Shown in pieces: positions 27,101-38,918 of a stretch of DNA of 64,000 bases (positions are counted from its first letter, which is position 1; each line of letters opens with the position of its first letter). The notes under the pieces were generated by a model. The model was not told the origin of the DNA, did not search any database, and saw nothing but the letters and a program-made list of their open reading frames with translations. This DNA comes from Raillietiella orientalis (Eukaryota), in contig JAYWIR010000041.1 of assembly GCA_036172245.1 (NCBI GenBank), positions 1,922,001-1,986,000 on the forward strand. Direction: 5' to 3'. A program made the position numbers and the translations under genes.

Positions 27101-27923
27101 CACCCAACCATATGTACAGAATAACAAGAATCAGAAATGCAGGCACATTTCAAAGAATTCATGACAACAATAATTCATGATAAAGCAACAGTCCAACAAT
27201 CTTTAATACCCCAGAATTCTACAATCAGTGCAAGATAAAAAGCAAAAGCACTCTTTGCAAAAGAAAATTTGCAACTGTAAAATTGATACAAATATCTATC
27301 AATGAAAAAGCAATTCAAAAACAATCACAGAAACGCTGTTGAGTCTAACTTGTTAGTTTTCTGTTAGTTTTCCTGAAAACCTTCCATCAATACACACACT
27401 CCATAGGAAACTATTTAAGCACATTGCACATACTTTCCTTGTCACTTTTTTTCATGAGAAATTATTCAAAAAGTTAATTTTGCTAATGGTATTTAATACA
27501 GGTCACTTGGTTCATGTATAAGCATTGCCAATAAAATGAAGTTTGAATAAAATAATGAATAAAATGAAAACAGTTGTCTACATCACATGCTAGAAATCTG
27601 AATGAATGAACTAGTATATTTGCTTGCTGTTGTATCAAATACCAGGTCATTGGAAACCTACCTTCATCACTCAAAATAGCACACTGTACATACATACTTA
27701 CATTATATCACAGTTAGCTGTATGAAGTAAATGTAACTAGTAACTAATGAAACATCCTTGCATACAAGAAACTTTGTAGATGTGTCAACCATTGATCATA
27801 AGGCAAAAATAATTTTTAGAAACAACTAAAAACTATGAATTAATACTAAAATAATTTATCTGAACTTGTTAAGGATCTGACATAAAAATATGAAGGATGG
27901 ATACTAATTAAAGCAAGAGTACT

Positions 27924-28844
27924 TTATTTTATTTTTTTGTAACCAAATTGAGATGTCTCTAGGTCAGGAAGAATATCTGTTTTGTGCCCTTGAAATTTCT
28001 TTCTGTACTTCACGCTTGATACAATACAAGAAGTTCCAGGAAAGGCACTTATACCATTGAACTTGACATCAGCATCTGCAAACACAATATAAAAAACTGG
28101 CCAAATTATTTTCCCAACCTTTTTCAAAACGCACTGGTTCTGTCATTACATGCAGATTTGGGGGCAATTCACTGTTTGCCAATTTATTTATTGGATTTTC
28201 CATGTGAACTGGTGTTTTATAGAAGATCAAGACATCACCTACAAATGCACTTAAAAGAAGATTAACACACAACTAACACATACCAATGGAAGACATAGTA
28301 TGCAATAAAGAATTTGGGACACTATAAGAAAATTCCTCAAAACATTTATTAAGTACATCAAACTTCACTTTCGCACTACTTAAGGGAATGTTCTTCCAAT
28401 CATGAGGCAACACATCACAGAATAAACTTTTACATATTGATCCAATTTTACCCTCAACATTACTGTCTGGATGATAAGATTTTTGGTATCTTGAAAATCT
28501 AAAAACATGCATAGAAATCAATCAAAAAACCAACATTTTAATCACTCTACTTCTGACTAATGAATAATAATGTTTACAAGGTATAATTACCCTCTACTTG
28601 CCAGCGATTGACAGTAACTTTCAAATTTTTCAGCATGGTAAACTTCTGATTCATGACTAGAATCAATGGGTAGTTTCGGGGGATATGTGGCTTCTTTTTT
28701 CTTAATTTGCTTCACCACATTATGCTGAGGTCTGTAATAAACATCTGCAGTTTCAATGGCTTTGCAGGCTTGTATAGCTCTCTTGATTTCATTGCCTACA
28801 CGCAAACGTTTATAATATCTACCCCAAACTCCTTTGGCTTTCAT
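27924..28844 (-). CDS. mRpL50: Mitochondrial ribosomal protein L50, at least 4 exons (?-28591, 28498-28284, 28238-28119, 28075-27924); start codon uncertain
   Basis: Spliced product SLASRGFSRYQKSYHP..LPHDWKNIPL..KFDVL..VPNSLLHTM..DVLIFYKTPV..LPPNLHV..RFEKDADVKFNGISAFP..KYRKKF matches my recollection of metazoan MRPL50 (W.DI.L, VPNS.LH.M, DVL.FY, LPPNL). GT-AG introns keep the frame. Confidence 0.88.
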
Positions 28845-31269
28845 TAGACACACATCAGAGTAAGCTCATAAAACTGTTACGCAATACTTTTACAGAGAAT
28901 TGCCACAGAACACAACTTTGTTCAAATCATTTTTTTTTTTTTTCAATAAAGTCCCGTTGTAAAAAGCAGACCTTGCAAACATATCTACACTAAAATCCAC
29001 GAATTAGAAAACATTCCTTTTCTATGAATATTCACTTACAACTTATATAAAATTATATAAAAGGAAAAAAAGGAATTTACTACTCTCTTGGTTTAAATCT
29101 ATTAAATTATGAAAACCACTAAACAGCAAAAATCATATAGGGCATTTGTAAAAACAACGACATTAATAAAAGCAAAAGTTAAGCCATGGTATCGAATATT
29201 AAGATCTTCGATGCCTTGAAATTAACTTTTCTTAATGAGAACTACGTTTAACAGAAACTACATAGAAAAATCAAATATTTGCTAAAGGGTTTGATCCAAT
29301 TCGAGTTAAGATTGCCAGGTGTCGCGCTGTTAGGAAACATTTCATCAAATTGTATTGGAGTCGCACATCCCTCGAATAAAAGTGCTCTTGTCCCTTATCT
29401 TAATTAGTTTTCAAACTAACTGATCATACATACACACAAAACATGCCTTTAAATCTGAAAACCTAGAGATCGGTATATTATTTTTTTTGTAAACCAATAA
29501 ACTTTCTTAATTTTAAGTGACAGCACAAATGATTAACAGTTAAAATATGTTGCAACCAACCGATCCTAAGATTCTACGGTGCAGAGCACACACAAGTGGC
29601 TGTGGATGTTCACTGAAGGCTTTAGCAACCAGCAAGAAGCAAGTTAAGGACTGGACAACAGTGGTCTTCTAAGCAGACATTGCTTCCATGGCCATCAGAG
29701 TGGACGAAGGAGTCACCAGGAAAGTTGCGCCCTTGAATCAAAATGAATGAGAAAGTACACTATCTTTAGAATGTTCTCTCTGAATACCTTACCATAAGGG
29801 AACTGGACTGAAAAATTGTCTTAAACTGAAAAACATCACTTTTCTCTATATGTAAGCGATGTTCTTCGTAGTTGAGTATCCTATTACAGATAACTGGCAA
29901 CGGCTTGAAGAGATAGTGGGACTCGAACTGCTAACAAGCCTTAAAGAAAAGGCAACTAAAACAATGCGATAGTAGTGCAACCATTTCGGACACAATCCCG
30001 TGACAAATAGGTTTACCTGTGTAGGTTTGTGTCCAACACGGCTAAGTAGAAAAAATCCTCCATAAGAAAGTTCATCTTGTCTTCTTAGGACAAGCTATTT
30101 TGAAAATACATCTCAGCAAGAAGACCCAAATCCCAATTCTCCTAGAAACAGCAGAACTCTAGTAAAGTTACATGATCTGCCTAAATCGGACTGATTTCTG
30201 TAGCTCGTGCATGTGTTGAACACGCCAGGAAAGGACGTCTCAAATCCGATAGAGGAAATATGAGAAGGAACGGCACCTTCTCTTGGTCATGAGAAACACT
30301 CATGAAATGGCGGATAGGACACTCATAGAGGTGTTTCCTGTACTTCAAAAAGAACAGCCGTGCAGGCTAAAGATAAGCTCCAATAAAAAGCTAACGGAAT
30401 CAGGGCTACAGTTTGCACGGAGGCCAAAGCCACGAGACTGCAAGAAAGCATTTTCAAGAAAAAAAGTTTCTCCTCAAAGAGCAGACACAAATTGAGGTGC
30501 TGAAAGGTGGAACGGAGATGACGAACTTGTAACTTATACAGGATCTGAAAGTTTTCCAGGATTTAGAAGAGGAAAAATTTGATGAGGGAAATTTGGGGAG
30601 GATTTGCATCAGTTACACCAGAGTACTCAGGAGGACGTCTTCGGCGGAGCATCTAGGTCGCAGATGGAATTACACAGGAGATACAAACTCTTCTTCGAGG
30701 AGAAAATGGAATTTTTTTTTTACAGAAATTCGAACACTTAGAAAAATAAAAAAAAAAAAAATTCTGCAATATTATTTTTAAAAACAAGTGCTCCACATTT
30801 GCATGGAATCCGTAGCGAATATCAGCTTTCTACTCGCATCAATAACAAAAATGCAAGCAAATAGCCTTTTGGAATGGTAACACACAGAAATGATAAATAC
30901 CAGTAATACCAAGTTTCGAACATTTTTTGCCTGAAAAGATGAGAGCTTTCGTGGTTCTGCTATAGAACAAGCATTTTTCGAAACTTGGATTATCATTATC
31001 CAAGCTTCAGAAAATTGAATTTCAGAAAATCACTTTTCTCACAATATCTAATTATTCCCAAAACATTAATTTGTAGCATGAAATTTAAAAGCACTTACAT
31101 CTATGTCTCTGGATAATAAGTTGATATTTGAGGCTTAAAAAAACTAATATGATATTTGCAAATAAGAAGAACGATAGAAAATTAATCGAGGATGCACATT
31201 TTTGGTGAATTATTTTAGAAATCTGTGTTTAAAGTGCTTATGATTAAAGAAAATCTTGGATAACCTGGA

Positions 31270-32130
31270 CGGCGTCCAGTTTTTCTCTCTTCAAATCTGC
31301 CTGTTGCACCTCCTTACCGGAAGGTGCGGGCAGAGCGGCGGGATTCTTCGGAGTCGCCCGAGGCTTTGCAGGCTTTTCCGCCGATCGGCTCGCCGTGGAC
31401 GGCTTGCCTTTCGCGGCCGGAGGGGCGCGCGACCCCTTTTTGGCCGCTCCGGTGGACTTCCCGAGAGTGCCACCGCCATTTCGTTCTGGTGCGGGAACGG
31501 ACGGAGACGGTGGTTTTGCCTTTTGTTATCGGCATGCTGGAGTCGCTCAAGGCTTACTTCGCGCAGCTTTCAGAAGCTTTTTGCCCTTTTGCGTGGACTT
31601 TTGGGGAGCTTTGCTCCCAGATACGCCCGCGCAATCGGACTTTGGCGCACTCCTCTGCGGAGCCTCGTTCGAGCCGAACTTCTTGCCCGATGCTGGGGCG
31701 GATGGAATCGGCGCGGATGGCGATGTCGCGGAGACGTTTCTCGCCCGCCTTTTTCGTTTCAGCTCGGCGCACTCATTGATCGAGTGGCCGAGCATTTTGC
31801 AGTATCGGCAACTGCGTGTGGGGCACTTCCGCGGACGGTGGCCTTCCTTGCCGCAGTTGCCGCAAGCCGGGGTTTGTCCGGCAAACCGAAGAAAAACGAC
31901 GGCGTCACCAAGATGGATCTGCGAAGGCAGCAGCTTCCGGTTCTCCATGGTGACGCGCGCCGTGGCGAGTCCGCAAGAGAGGCGCGGAAACTTCTTGACG
32001 GGGTTCACGCGCCTCCACAATGCGTGCACGGTGGCGAACGCCTCCGGTGCAACGATCAGGTCGCGGTCGGAGATTCCCGGCCGAACGGCCGAGAGTTAGA
32101 CCACGAACGACTGGTCCGGGGTCTGACCGT
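31270..32130 (-). pseudogene. LINE ORF1 fragment with two CCHC knuckles
   Basis: ORF 31547..32029 HALWRRVNP..ARVT..CGNCGKEGHRPRKC..CRYCKMLGHSINEC is homologous to ORF 46607..48181. Confidence 0.85.
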
Positions 32131-32350
32131 GCTCAGCGGGGCACAGTACGTCGAGGTTGTATGCAAAGACATCACCTTGGCTAAGTGCCTTATCAATACC
32201 CCGCTGGTCATGGACGGACGCAAGATCTCCCGGTGTCGATGTACCGGTCCATCGTGGTCCATCTCACCGGCATCACTAATCATATGACGCGGTCTGCGGT
32301 TAGTGATGAGCTTAAAAAGTACGGAGAAGTGCATGGAGCAGTACGAAAGG
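32131..32350 (+). pseudogene. LINE ORF1 fragment (other subfamily)
   Basis: QYVEVVCKDITLAKCLINTPLVM..SIVVHLTGIT..KYGEVH is homologous to ORF1 at 38919+. Confidence 0.75.
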
Positions 32351-34049
32351 ATGAAGCAAGTGTAAAAGCATGGAGCAATAAGAAAGGAAACAATAAACTT
32401 GCCTGCTCTACACTTCTCTTCGAGAAGAACTATGAAGCGTTTGTAATAGTAATGGATTGGGCTTGTGTTCGGCTGCAAATTGGGTCCAGAATGATTGAGT
32501 TCTACATGATTGAGTTTGCAATGAATAGGATGCATTCATATCGTGTAACATGGTGACAACATGCAAGGCATGAGCATTGTACCCGACATTGAAAAAGGAC
32601 TGTGGAGCCAGAGAAATTTTGTATTTGCTTCTACGGAAATAAGTATCCTCGGATATTTTTCCTGAGCACGAGGATTTATAATGCGCTGAGATGGAAGTTA
32701 CACTTACAAATTTCATTGCCTCCTTTTACGTATGGATGAAGACCATAAAATTAACGGCTGGGAAATTTGTTCTGCTTGGACACTGATTTTGAGCTACGGA
32801 CAGAAGACACTTTTCCACGAAGGGATTCAAGACTGATTAAACTCGGGGTTATTGTGCCAGCATAAATGAATGGATGAGATGGATCCCACGAAACTGGGTG
32901 ATGTCCAGCTTCCACGAAATCAGCTGCTTATGAAGCCGCATTTTGTGAGCATCAAGCGTCATTAATTTCATCCCCGGTGGGTGTGAGTAATCTTACTAAG
33001 GTATTAAACATTTGAGAATCATGGCATTATTAGAGCATGGTAGCGAAGGCATCTCATTTTCCGGGTGCTTTGTTACTTTGCCTGTTATCAGTCTAGTCCG
33101 TGAAGTGGACCTCAGCCACTGGTCCACCTTCCGTAAAAGGCAAACGTCGCTATTCAAATCAAGGAAGCACTTTGATCAAGTGCACCGTTGAATCCGCGTG
33201 GGTGCGAACCGTGACTGCGGTTCGAATGCACCCATTCTGCTAACTCTTGGAAACAAACTGACTTTTGGGTGGAATCATATTTCGTGCATGATGAGACTAC
33301 AAGAAATACTACACTTTGACTACGGCGTGCCTAACTGGGTTATTGTTTATCTGCTTCTAACGTACTTCCTTCAAATGTACTGTCTTTTGCGATGGTAAAC
33401 AGATGCCAATGAATGATGGATAGCCCGCGCTATCTCATATTTCATCTTTTGTGACAGAATGGCTGTTCTCTGTGACTATGCTCTGCAGTACGAGCACTCG
33501 CTTTCTGTGCACATTGCCCTTTTGAAAGATCCACTGCGAGGTGGAGAGTCCCATTCGGTCTGTCCGTTCATAGAATTTATACAGCATTTTCCTCATGCGG
33601 ATTATCTTACCGATACTTTCAAATTGCTGTTATTCATTCATTACTTATTCATAGTATCCATTATTTACTCATTTCTTATCTTGATTGGAATACTTGTTCC
33701 GTGCAAAGATGCTCGTAGCTTTTTCTTAAAGAATCTCTTTATGAAAATTCGTGATGTCTTCTGGAAACACGACATCATAAAATAATTTAAATTCATGCAC
33801 TTGCTTTGAGAATTGCAGCTGAGATACTTAGAATAAAGTAAAGATTTAAGTCGCTCTACTGGGGAATGATCCGTAGCTTTTACATATCTTTGACCGAGGG
33901 CGGACAAATCCTTGATCAGAAGTATTCTTGCCGCTTAGCGTCAATAGGTCGTAGCATGATGGCTGCTCGACTAGGTACAACGCCCTGGTCGGAACTCAAG
34001 ACGACTCGATCGTTACAGACGATTTAACACCTCCACATTCGCCATGCCC

Positions 34050-34446
34050 CCTTTGGTACAGCAATTGACCTTGGTGATTCGTGACGTGATTGGCGTTCCC
34101 ACCTCGTTTCGCTCAGCAAAGGTACGTTTCCTTCCCAATGGAGGAGACTTATGGAGCATCGGCAACTGGCGTCCAATAACCGTCTTTAACAGGAAGCCAA
34201 GTTGCTAGCGAAGACATGGGCCGAGCTTCTAGAATGGGTAGCGGAATCCTTCATTGGCCCGGAGCAGTCTTACTCTGCCCCCTGGCTAATCATGGATGTC
34301 GACCTGTTCTACGCTAGCAGCTGGATCGCGCTCCAACAAGAGAGGGGCAGGATGGGCACCACGAATTCTGGATCGTCCGTCGGCCAGAGGCAAGGTCGGG
34401 CGGGAAAGGGATCTCTAGCTGTCGCAGCCCTGCACAAGGCTTTCGA
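34050..34446 (+). pseudogene. LINE RT N-terminal fragment ending at KAFD
   Basis: SFRSAKVR..GGDL..NWRPIT..PEQSY..LHKAFD. Confidence 0.85.
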
Positions 34447-35277
34447 TTTCCACCCGGGTTTCGCCTGGGCATTTATCACAAAAACAAACTTCAACACGCG
34501 CTGCGGCTGGCCCAACGATGCAGCCACGCCGAAGAAACAGAACCTGCCGGGTCACCGGTTCGCAGAACGGTAGGGTCCACCGCGGCAGCAGGGAGAAGGG
34601 GCAAAAACAAAAAAACTAAACAAACAAAAAAAAAGAAAACGTGGGAGAGTGCGGGAAGGGATTACTGTTGTTGCTGGGGCCGTCGCATCCTTCGGCGGAT
34701 GCCGGCAAGCTCTCTCTGCATTCCTGGATTAAGGTGGGGCGATCGCGACGCCCTCTCCTAAAATTCGGTAGCGCGTTGGATGGCACCCTTATCTCGAGGT
34801 CCTCCCGTTGCCTTGCTCCAAGAGACGACGATCCCATGAAGGCAGCACAGGGCTGCTAACGAGGCCGCAGTTCGAAGTGCGTCCGACACAAAAAGGGACT
34901 TCAGTGAGTCCCTGGGGTTGCCACAGGGGATTCTGATGGCCGCGGCAAAGCGTAGTCAAAGGAGCCGAAGGGCAACACAATCCATAAGGAGGTGGGGGAG
35001 GGACTCCCGTTCCTCACACCTAACACAATTAGGGTTCACCGTTCCCCAGGTCCAGTGGTGTCGGCGGGCGTTTCAGGGGAGTCCCCAGTGCTGCAACAGT
35101 AGAGCCGACTCTTGCCATTTTAAGGGGAGGGTGGAAGTGTTCATAAGAACCGGGGCCACTTCAGATGTTCAATGGGAACAGCGCGCCCCAGCGCAGAAGT
35201 CCATGGGAAGGTGCACTCGGGGTCGCAGCATCAGTTAGCTGGCCCGTCTTTCACACTCCTATCTTTTTCTCCCTTCC
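34447..35277 (-). mobile_element. 5'-truncated LINE joined antisense at the KAFD motif
   Basis: Close relative of 4611-5698. Its terminus ccgggtggaaa abuts ttcga of KAFD. Second TSD copy not found. Confidence 0.85.
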
Positions 35278-35279
35278 GT

Positions 35280-35485
35280 TGATCCCTTTTTCTCCCTTAG
35301 TACTCCCATTTAGGCTGTTGCTTTTTGTTCGCAGTCCCCTTCTCCCCCACTCGTTTCGCACCTACCGTTTTGCTGGCCTGCGTGCCAGTGGTGTCTATGT
35401 ATTATGGTTTTTGTAGTCATCGGCTGGAAGCAACTGTTTCCAGCTGGTTTATGAAAATAGGCGTCCCAAAGTGACCGGGACGCAA
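35280..35485 (+). mobile_element. LINE 3'UTR-only fragment (type of element 46198-52111)
   Basis: ctggc-ctgcgt-gccag hairpin identical to 51974-51989. Degenerate terminus gcgtcccaaagtgaccggg. Confidence 0.7.
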
Positions 35486-35511
35486 CTTCATGCCGGGCGG
35501 TGTCGTGAATT

Positions 35512-35551
35512 CCTTTCCGCATAGTCAAGGGCCTTTCCGCATAGTCAAGGG
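35512..35551. repeat. Perfect 20-bp tandem duplication
   Basis: cctttccgcatagtcaaggg x2. Confidence 0.9.
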
Positions 35552-36353
35552 CGGAGTGAAGGAGAGAAGATTCGGCCGTATCGCGCGCGCGAGCGCACCC
35601 GCATCGCGGTGTCCACGAGGGCAGTATCCCCCTGGTAGCCCCCTCCTCTGCATAAACGGTCCTTAGGCGTTCTTCTGGTTTCTCGCGGCGTCATCGGAGA
35701 GCGCTTCCCCGCGTCTCGCCTCTCCATCGCTTTACCTTGGGGCATATACCCCTTTCCTGCTCTCTCCAGGCAGCCACCCTCGCACTCTGCATGCCTACGG
35801 CTCGGTGCATCGGTCTGACCAAGATCATGCGTCTCCTGCCTCTTCCGCAGGCTCGCTGCTGATGATTTTGCATCTGTAGCATCAGGAATGCCCAGCCGAC
35901 GACCTTCAGGGAACCTCTCTCTCTAAACGCAACTGCGCCGTTCGCAAGGGCACCTTCGTGCATAGGTGCTCCTTCGTCTTCGGCGTATGCTGCACAGACG
36001 AGGCACGCCAGCCGCCCGGTCGCTCCAGCCGTTCGCATCCTTCATCCGGATCCTAGTGTTCATCACGTGCATCCGCAGCATCGCTGCCCTCAACACGTAC
36101 TTTGTCAACACTCTCGAGATCGTGGAGCCTGGATGCACCTGCAAGGTGAAGGTACGCAAGGTCGGCTTGGCCGTGGTCCAGAACAGGTATGCGGGAAGGG
36201 AGGTCACGCGTAGAATAAAGAGAAGACGGAGGATGAGAGCGCGGGGGACGCGCGCCCATTTAGCCCGATTGCAGTCACGACGGCGTGCCCTTTGGTGTAG
36301 AGCGGTGGGCGAGCATGACAACCGGTGCGTAGCGCGGGTGGAGTACGCTCTGC

Positions 36354-38415
36354 TTACACACTCGGGTGCTTCGGGGCGTTTACTTTTTAAAAAAAACAAA
36401 CAAGCATGTGTAGGGCCATTGCCCCTACAGCGTTCGAAACTCTGAACTTGCCGAGTAGCCAGCGCGCAGGCCGGCGAGTTCGACTCGGCAGCAGAGGGGG
36501 AAAGGAGAAATAAAGACCAAAAAAGAAAACACTATTTGCAAAAGCAGGAAGGGTTTGGGGAAGGGATCACGTTCCGCGGGGGTCGTCCTCTACATCCTTT
36601 CCAGGATGCCGGCAAGTTCGGTCCGCATACGTCCCAGATGGGACCATCCGGCTGCCGTCCTCAGGAAGCGCAAGGCGGAGCAGATATCGTTCGGTCCACC
36701 AGTGGCGGTGCTCCAGGCCGCCACAATCCCTCTTAGGCAGCACAGTGCTGCAAGGGCTGCGGCAGGCGAAAGGGCGTCGCGCACAAAGAGGCGCTTCAAT
36801 ACATCTTTGCGGTTGTTCATGGATGCTCCAAGGGCCGTTGCGAAGCGCAGCCACAAGGGCCGGAGGGCAACACAGTCAAGGAGCAGGTGCAGGAGGGATT
36901 CTCGTTCCCCACACCTGACACAGTTCGGGTCCACAGCCCCCATTGTCCAGTGAGATCGGCGGGCGTTGCTGGAAATCCCCAGTGCAACACCAGGAACGCC
37001 GACTTCTGCCACTTCAGGGGGAGGTCCCGGGTATTTGTCAGCACTGGGAGCCACTCGAGTACATCCAGCGGGATGCTCAGCAGCTCGCTGCAGCGCAATA
37101 GTCATTTCTGTGGAGCACTTGGGGTCGCAGCGTCAGTCAGCTGACCCGTGGTCCAACCAACATGTTCCTTCTCTCTTCTTCAGAAGCTACAACGGACCTG
37201 CCACTTGGCCAGCTGACTACTGACCCCAGGTGCTCCCTGAGTTAGGGCAGAGCCGCGACATGGGAGGTACTCTCAGCCCACGCACTCGAGGCGGGCTGCA
37301 CGATGATGTCCTGCAGCGAGCGGCTGTTGTAAAAGGTGTGCAGCAGCCGCTGCGGCGACTCCTGACTCGCCTCCTCAATCTGGGCCCACGTGCGAAGGCT
37401 TTCTTGCAACTACGAAGTGCCGTTCGCGGGCCGGCAGGTGATCCAGGTGTTCATTCTGGTCAGCTTGACCACTCGCCGAAGTGCCAGTCTGCAGTGGAAC
37501 ATGTACCGGCGTTTGCGGCGCTCTAGGAAGGTAGACAGTCCCGCGCAGCCTCTGGCTCGCTGTACCAGGTGTCGTGCAGGCTCGCACCAGCTGGTGCTCC
37601 ACAACTGCGCCACTAGGGCTAGCGTCTTGAACTGCAGCTGCAGTTCCAGCCGCTCCAGCGTCACGAGGCCGAGATCTCCATCGCGACGCGAAGCACACAA
37701 GTCCTTTAGGCGGACTCGGGACCTCCCTCTGCCCCGAAGGGTGATTCTCAGGAGGTCCTTCGTCCGCCTCCTCACACCGCAGGGTGAGGGGCAAATAAAA
37801 AGCAAGTGGCGAAAAAGGAAGGCACGAACGTGATCCACAGCGCGGCCCGTTCCGGCAAGAAAAATTCGCCATCCAGAAACAGGCCGGTAGACTTCTACAC
37901 CTTTTGGAGGCAGCGAGACTACGCCTCAGCCGGAGAGTACTCACCGAGGTACTTGAGGTACCGCACCGTGGAGATCCCCAAGCAGAACCGGTCCTGTTGC
38001 CCTGCTCACGAGAACCGACTGCAACTACGGACGGATTCGCTCTGTTCACCTCCAGTCCTGTCCCGCGACGCAGCGGCAGCTCGAAAAAGTATTCCACCGC
38101 AGACGCCGGGAGGACATGGGGGGCAGCAGCAGAAGATCGTCCGCATACGACACCACGGCCGGTGTACCTGGGCACACGCGCGGCAGGCGAGCTAGAGTCT
38201 CAGTGTACGCCCTCAACACCAGCTCGGTGCTGAAGAGCAAGGGGCTCAAGCTGTCACCCTGCCGTATCCCGCGGCGCACTGGTACACCGAACACGTTTCA
38301 TGCGCTGAAAGAGATATTAGTCAGCTCGCAGAAAGGCCATTAAAGAGGCCGGGAAGCCTAATCGCTGCAGAAGCTCCAGCAGGAGCTTCTGGTAGACGCA
38401 ATCGAAAGCTTTACG
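36354..38415 (-). mobile_element. 3' half of LINE W (RT from KAFD to 3' end)
   Basis: KAFDCV, GIRQGDSLSPLLF, SYADD, GRSRVRLKDLC, zinc finger, 3'UTR and terminus. Several frameshifts. Confidence 0.9.
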
Positions 38416-38529
38416 TCGTTAGAGCGGACGTGTTTCCTCGGTGCTCCTCGTGCCGGGAACCGTCCCTAGGTGTAGGCTTCGTGTGCGGTGGTGGTCGATC
38501 AGGCAGCAATGCCTGACACGACCACCAGT

Positions 38530-38643
38530 GCGTGTCAGGGGGCGGTGGCAACGTCGCCTCCTGAAGAAATGGAGTGCCAGGTGGCGGCGGCAACGTCGCC
38601 TCTAGAAAAGTTGGAGTGCCAGGGGGCGGCGGCAACGTCGCCT
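38530..38643 (+). repeat. About 2.7 x 42-bp in-frame tandem repeat in the ORF1 N-terminus
   Basis: Unit gagtgccagggggcggcggcaacgtcgcct..., encoding (E)CQGAAATSP.E. Confidence 0.85.
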
Positions 38644-38918
38644 TCAGTGGCGAAGGAGGTGGGGGCGTCCGCCCCCACACAACCGGTCCCCGCTGCAGCG
38701 CGGGCGTGGAGCGCCGTTGTGTCGGCGCCATCGCCTGCAGCCGCGGCGGAATTGTCGGCCTATGTGGAGGAGGGGTATAACCCCTCATTGTTCTACAAGG
38801 TAGGCAATCTATATTCTTTAGAGAGCGCGCGCGCCTTTTCGAAGGGGATGCGCGCTCTCGATGTTAAAGAGGAGGAGCTCTGCGCTATGACCATTCGTAG
38901 CGGGGGCAGTACGTAGAG

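Noticed and set aside
21100..27700. Exon-like fragments and CA-rich tracts in AT-rich DNA
   Set aside because: No consistent spliced frame or recognisable domain could be assembled.
31256..32287. 343-aa plus-strand ORF
   Set aside because: Mostly antisense to a GC-rich ORF1 fragment. Only the last part reads into a plus-strand ORF1 piece.
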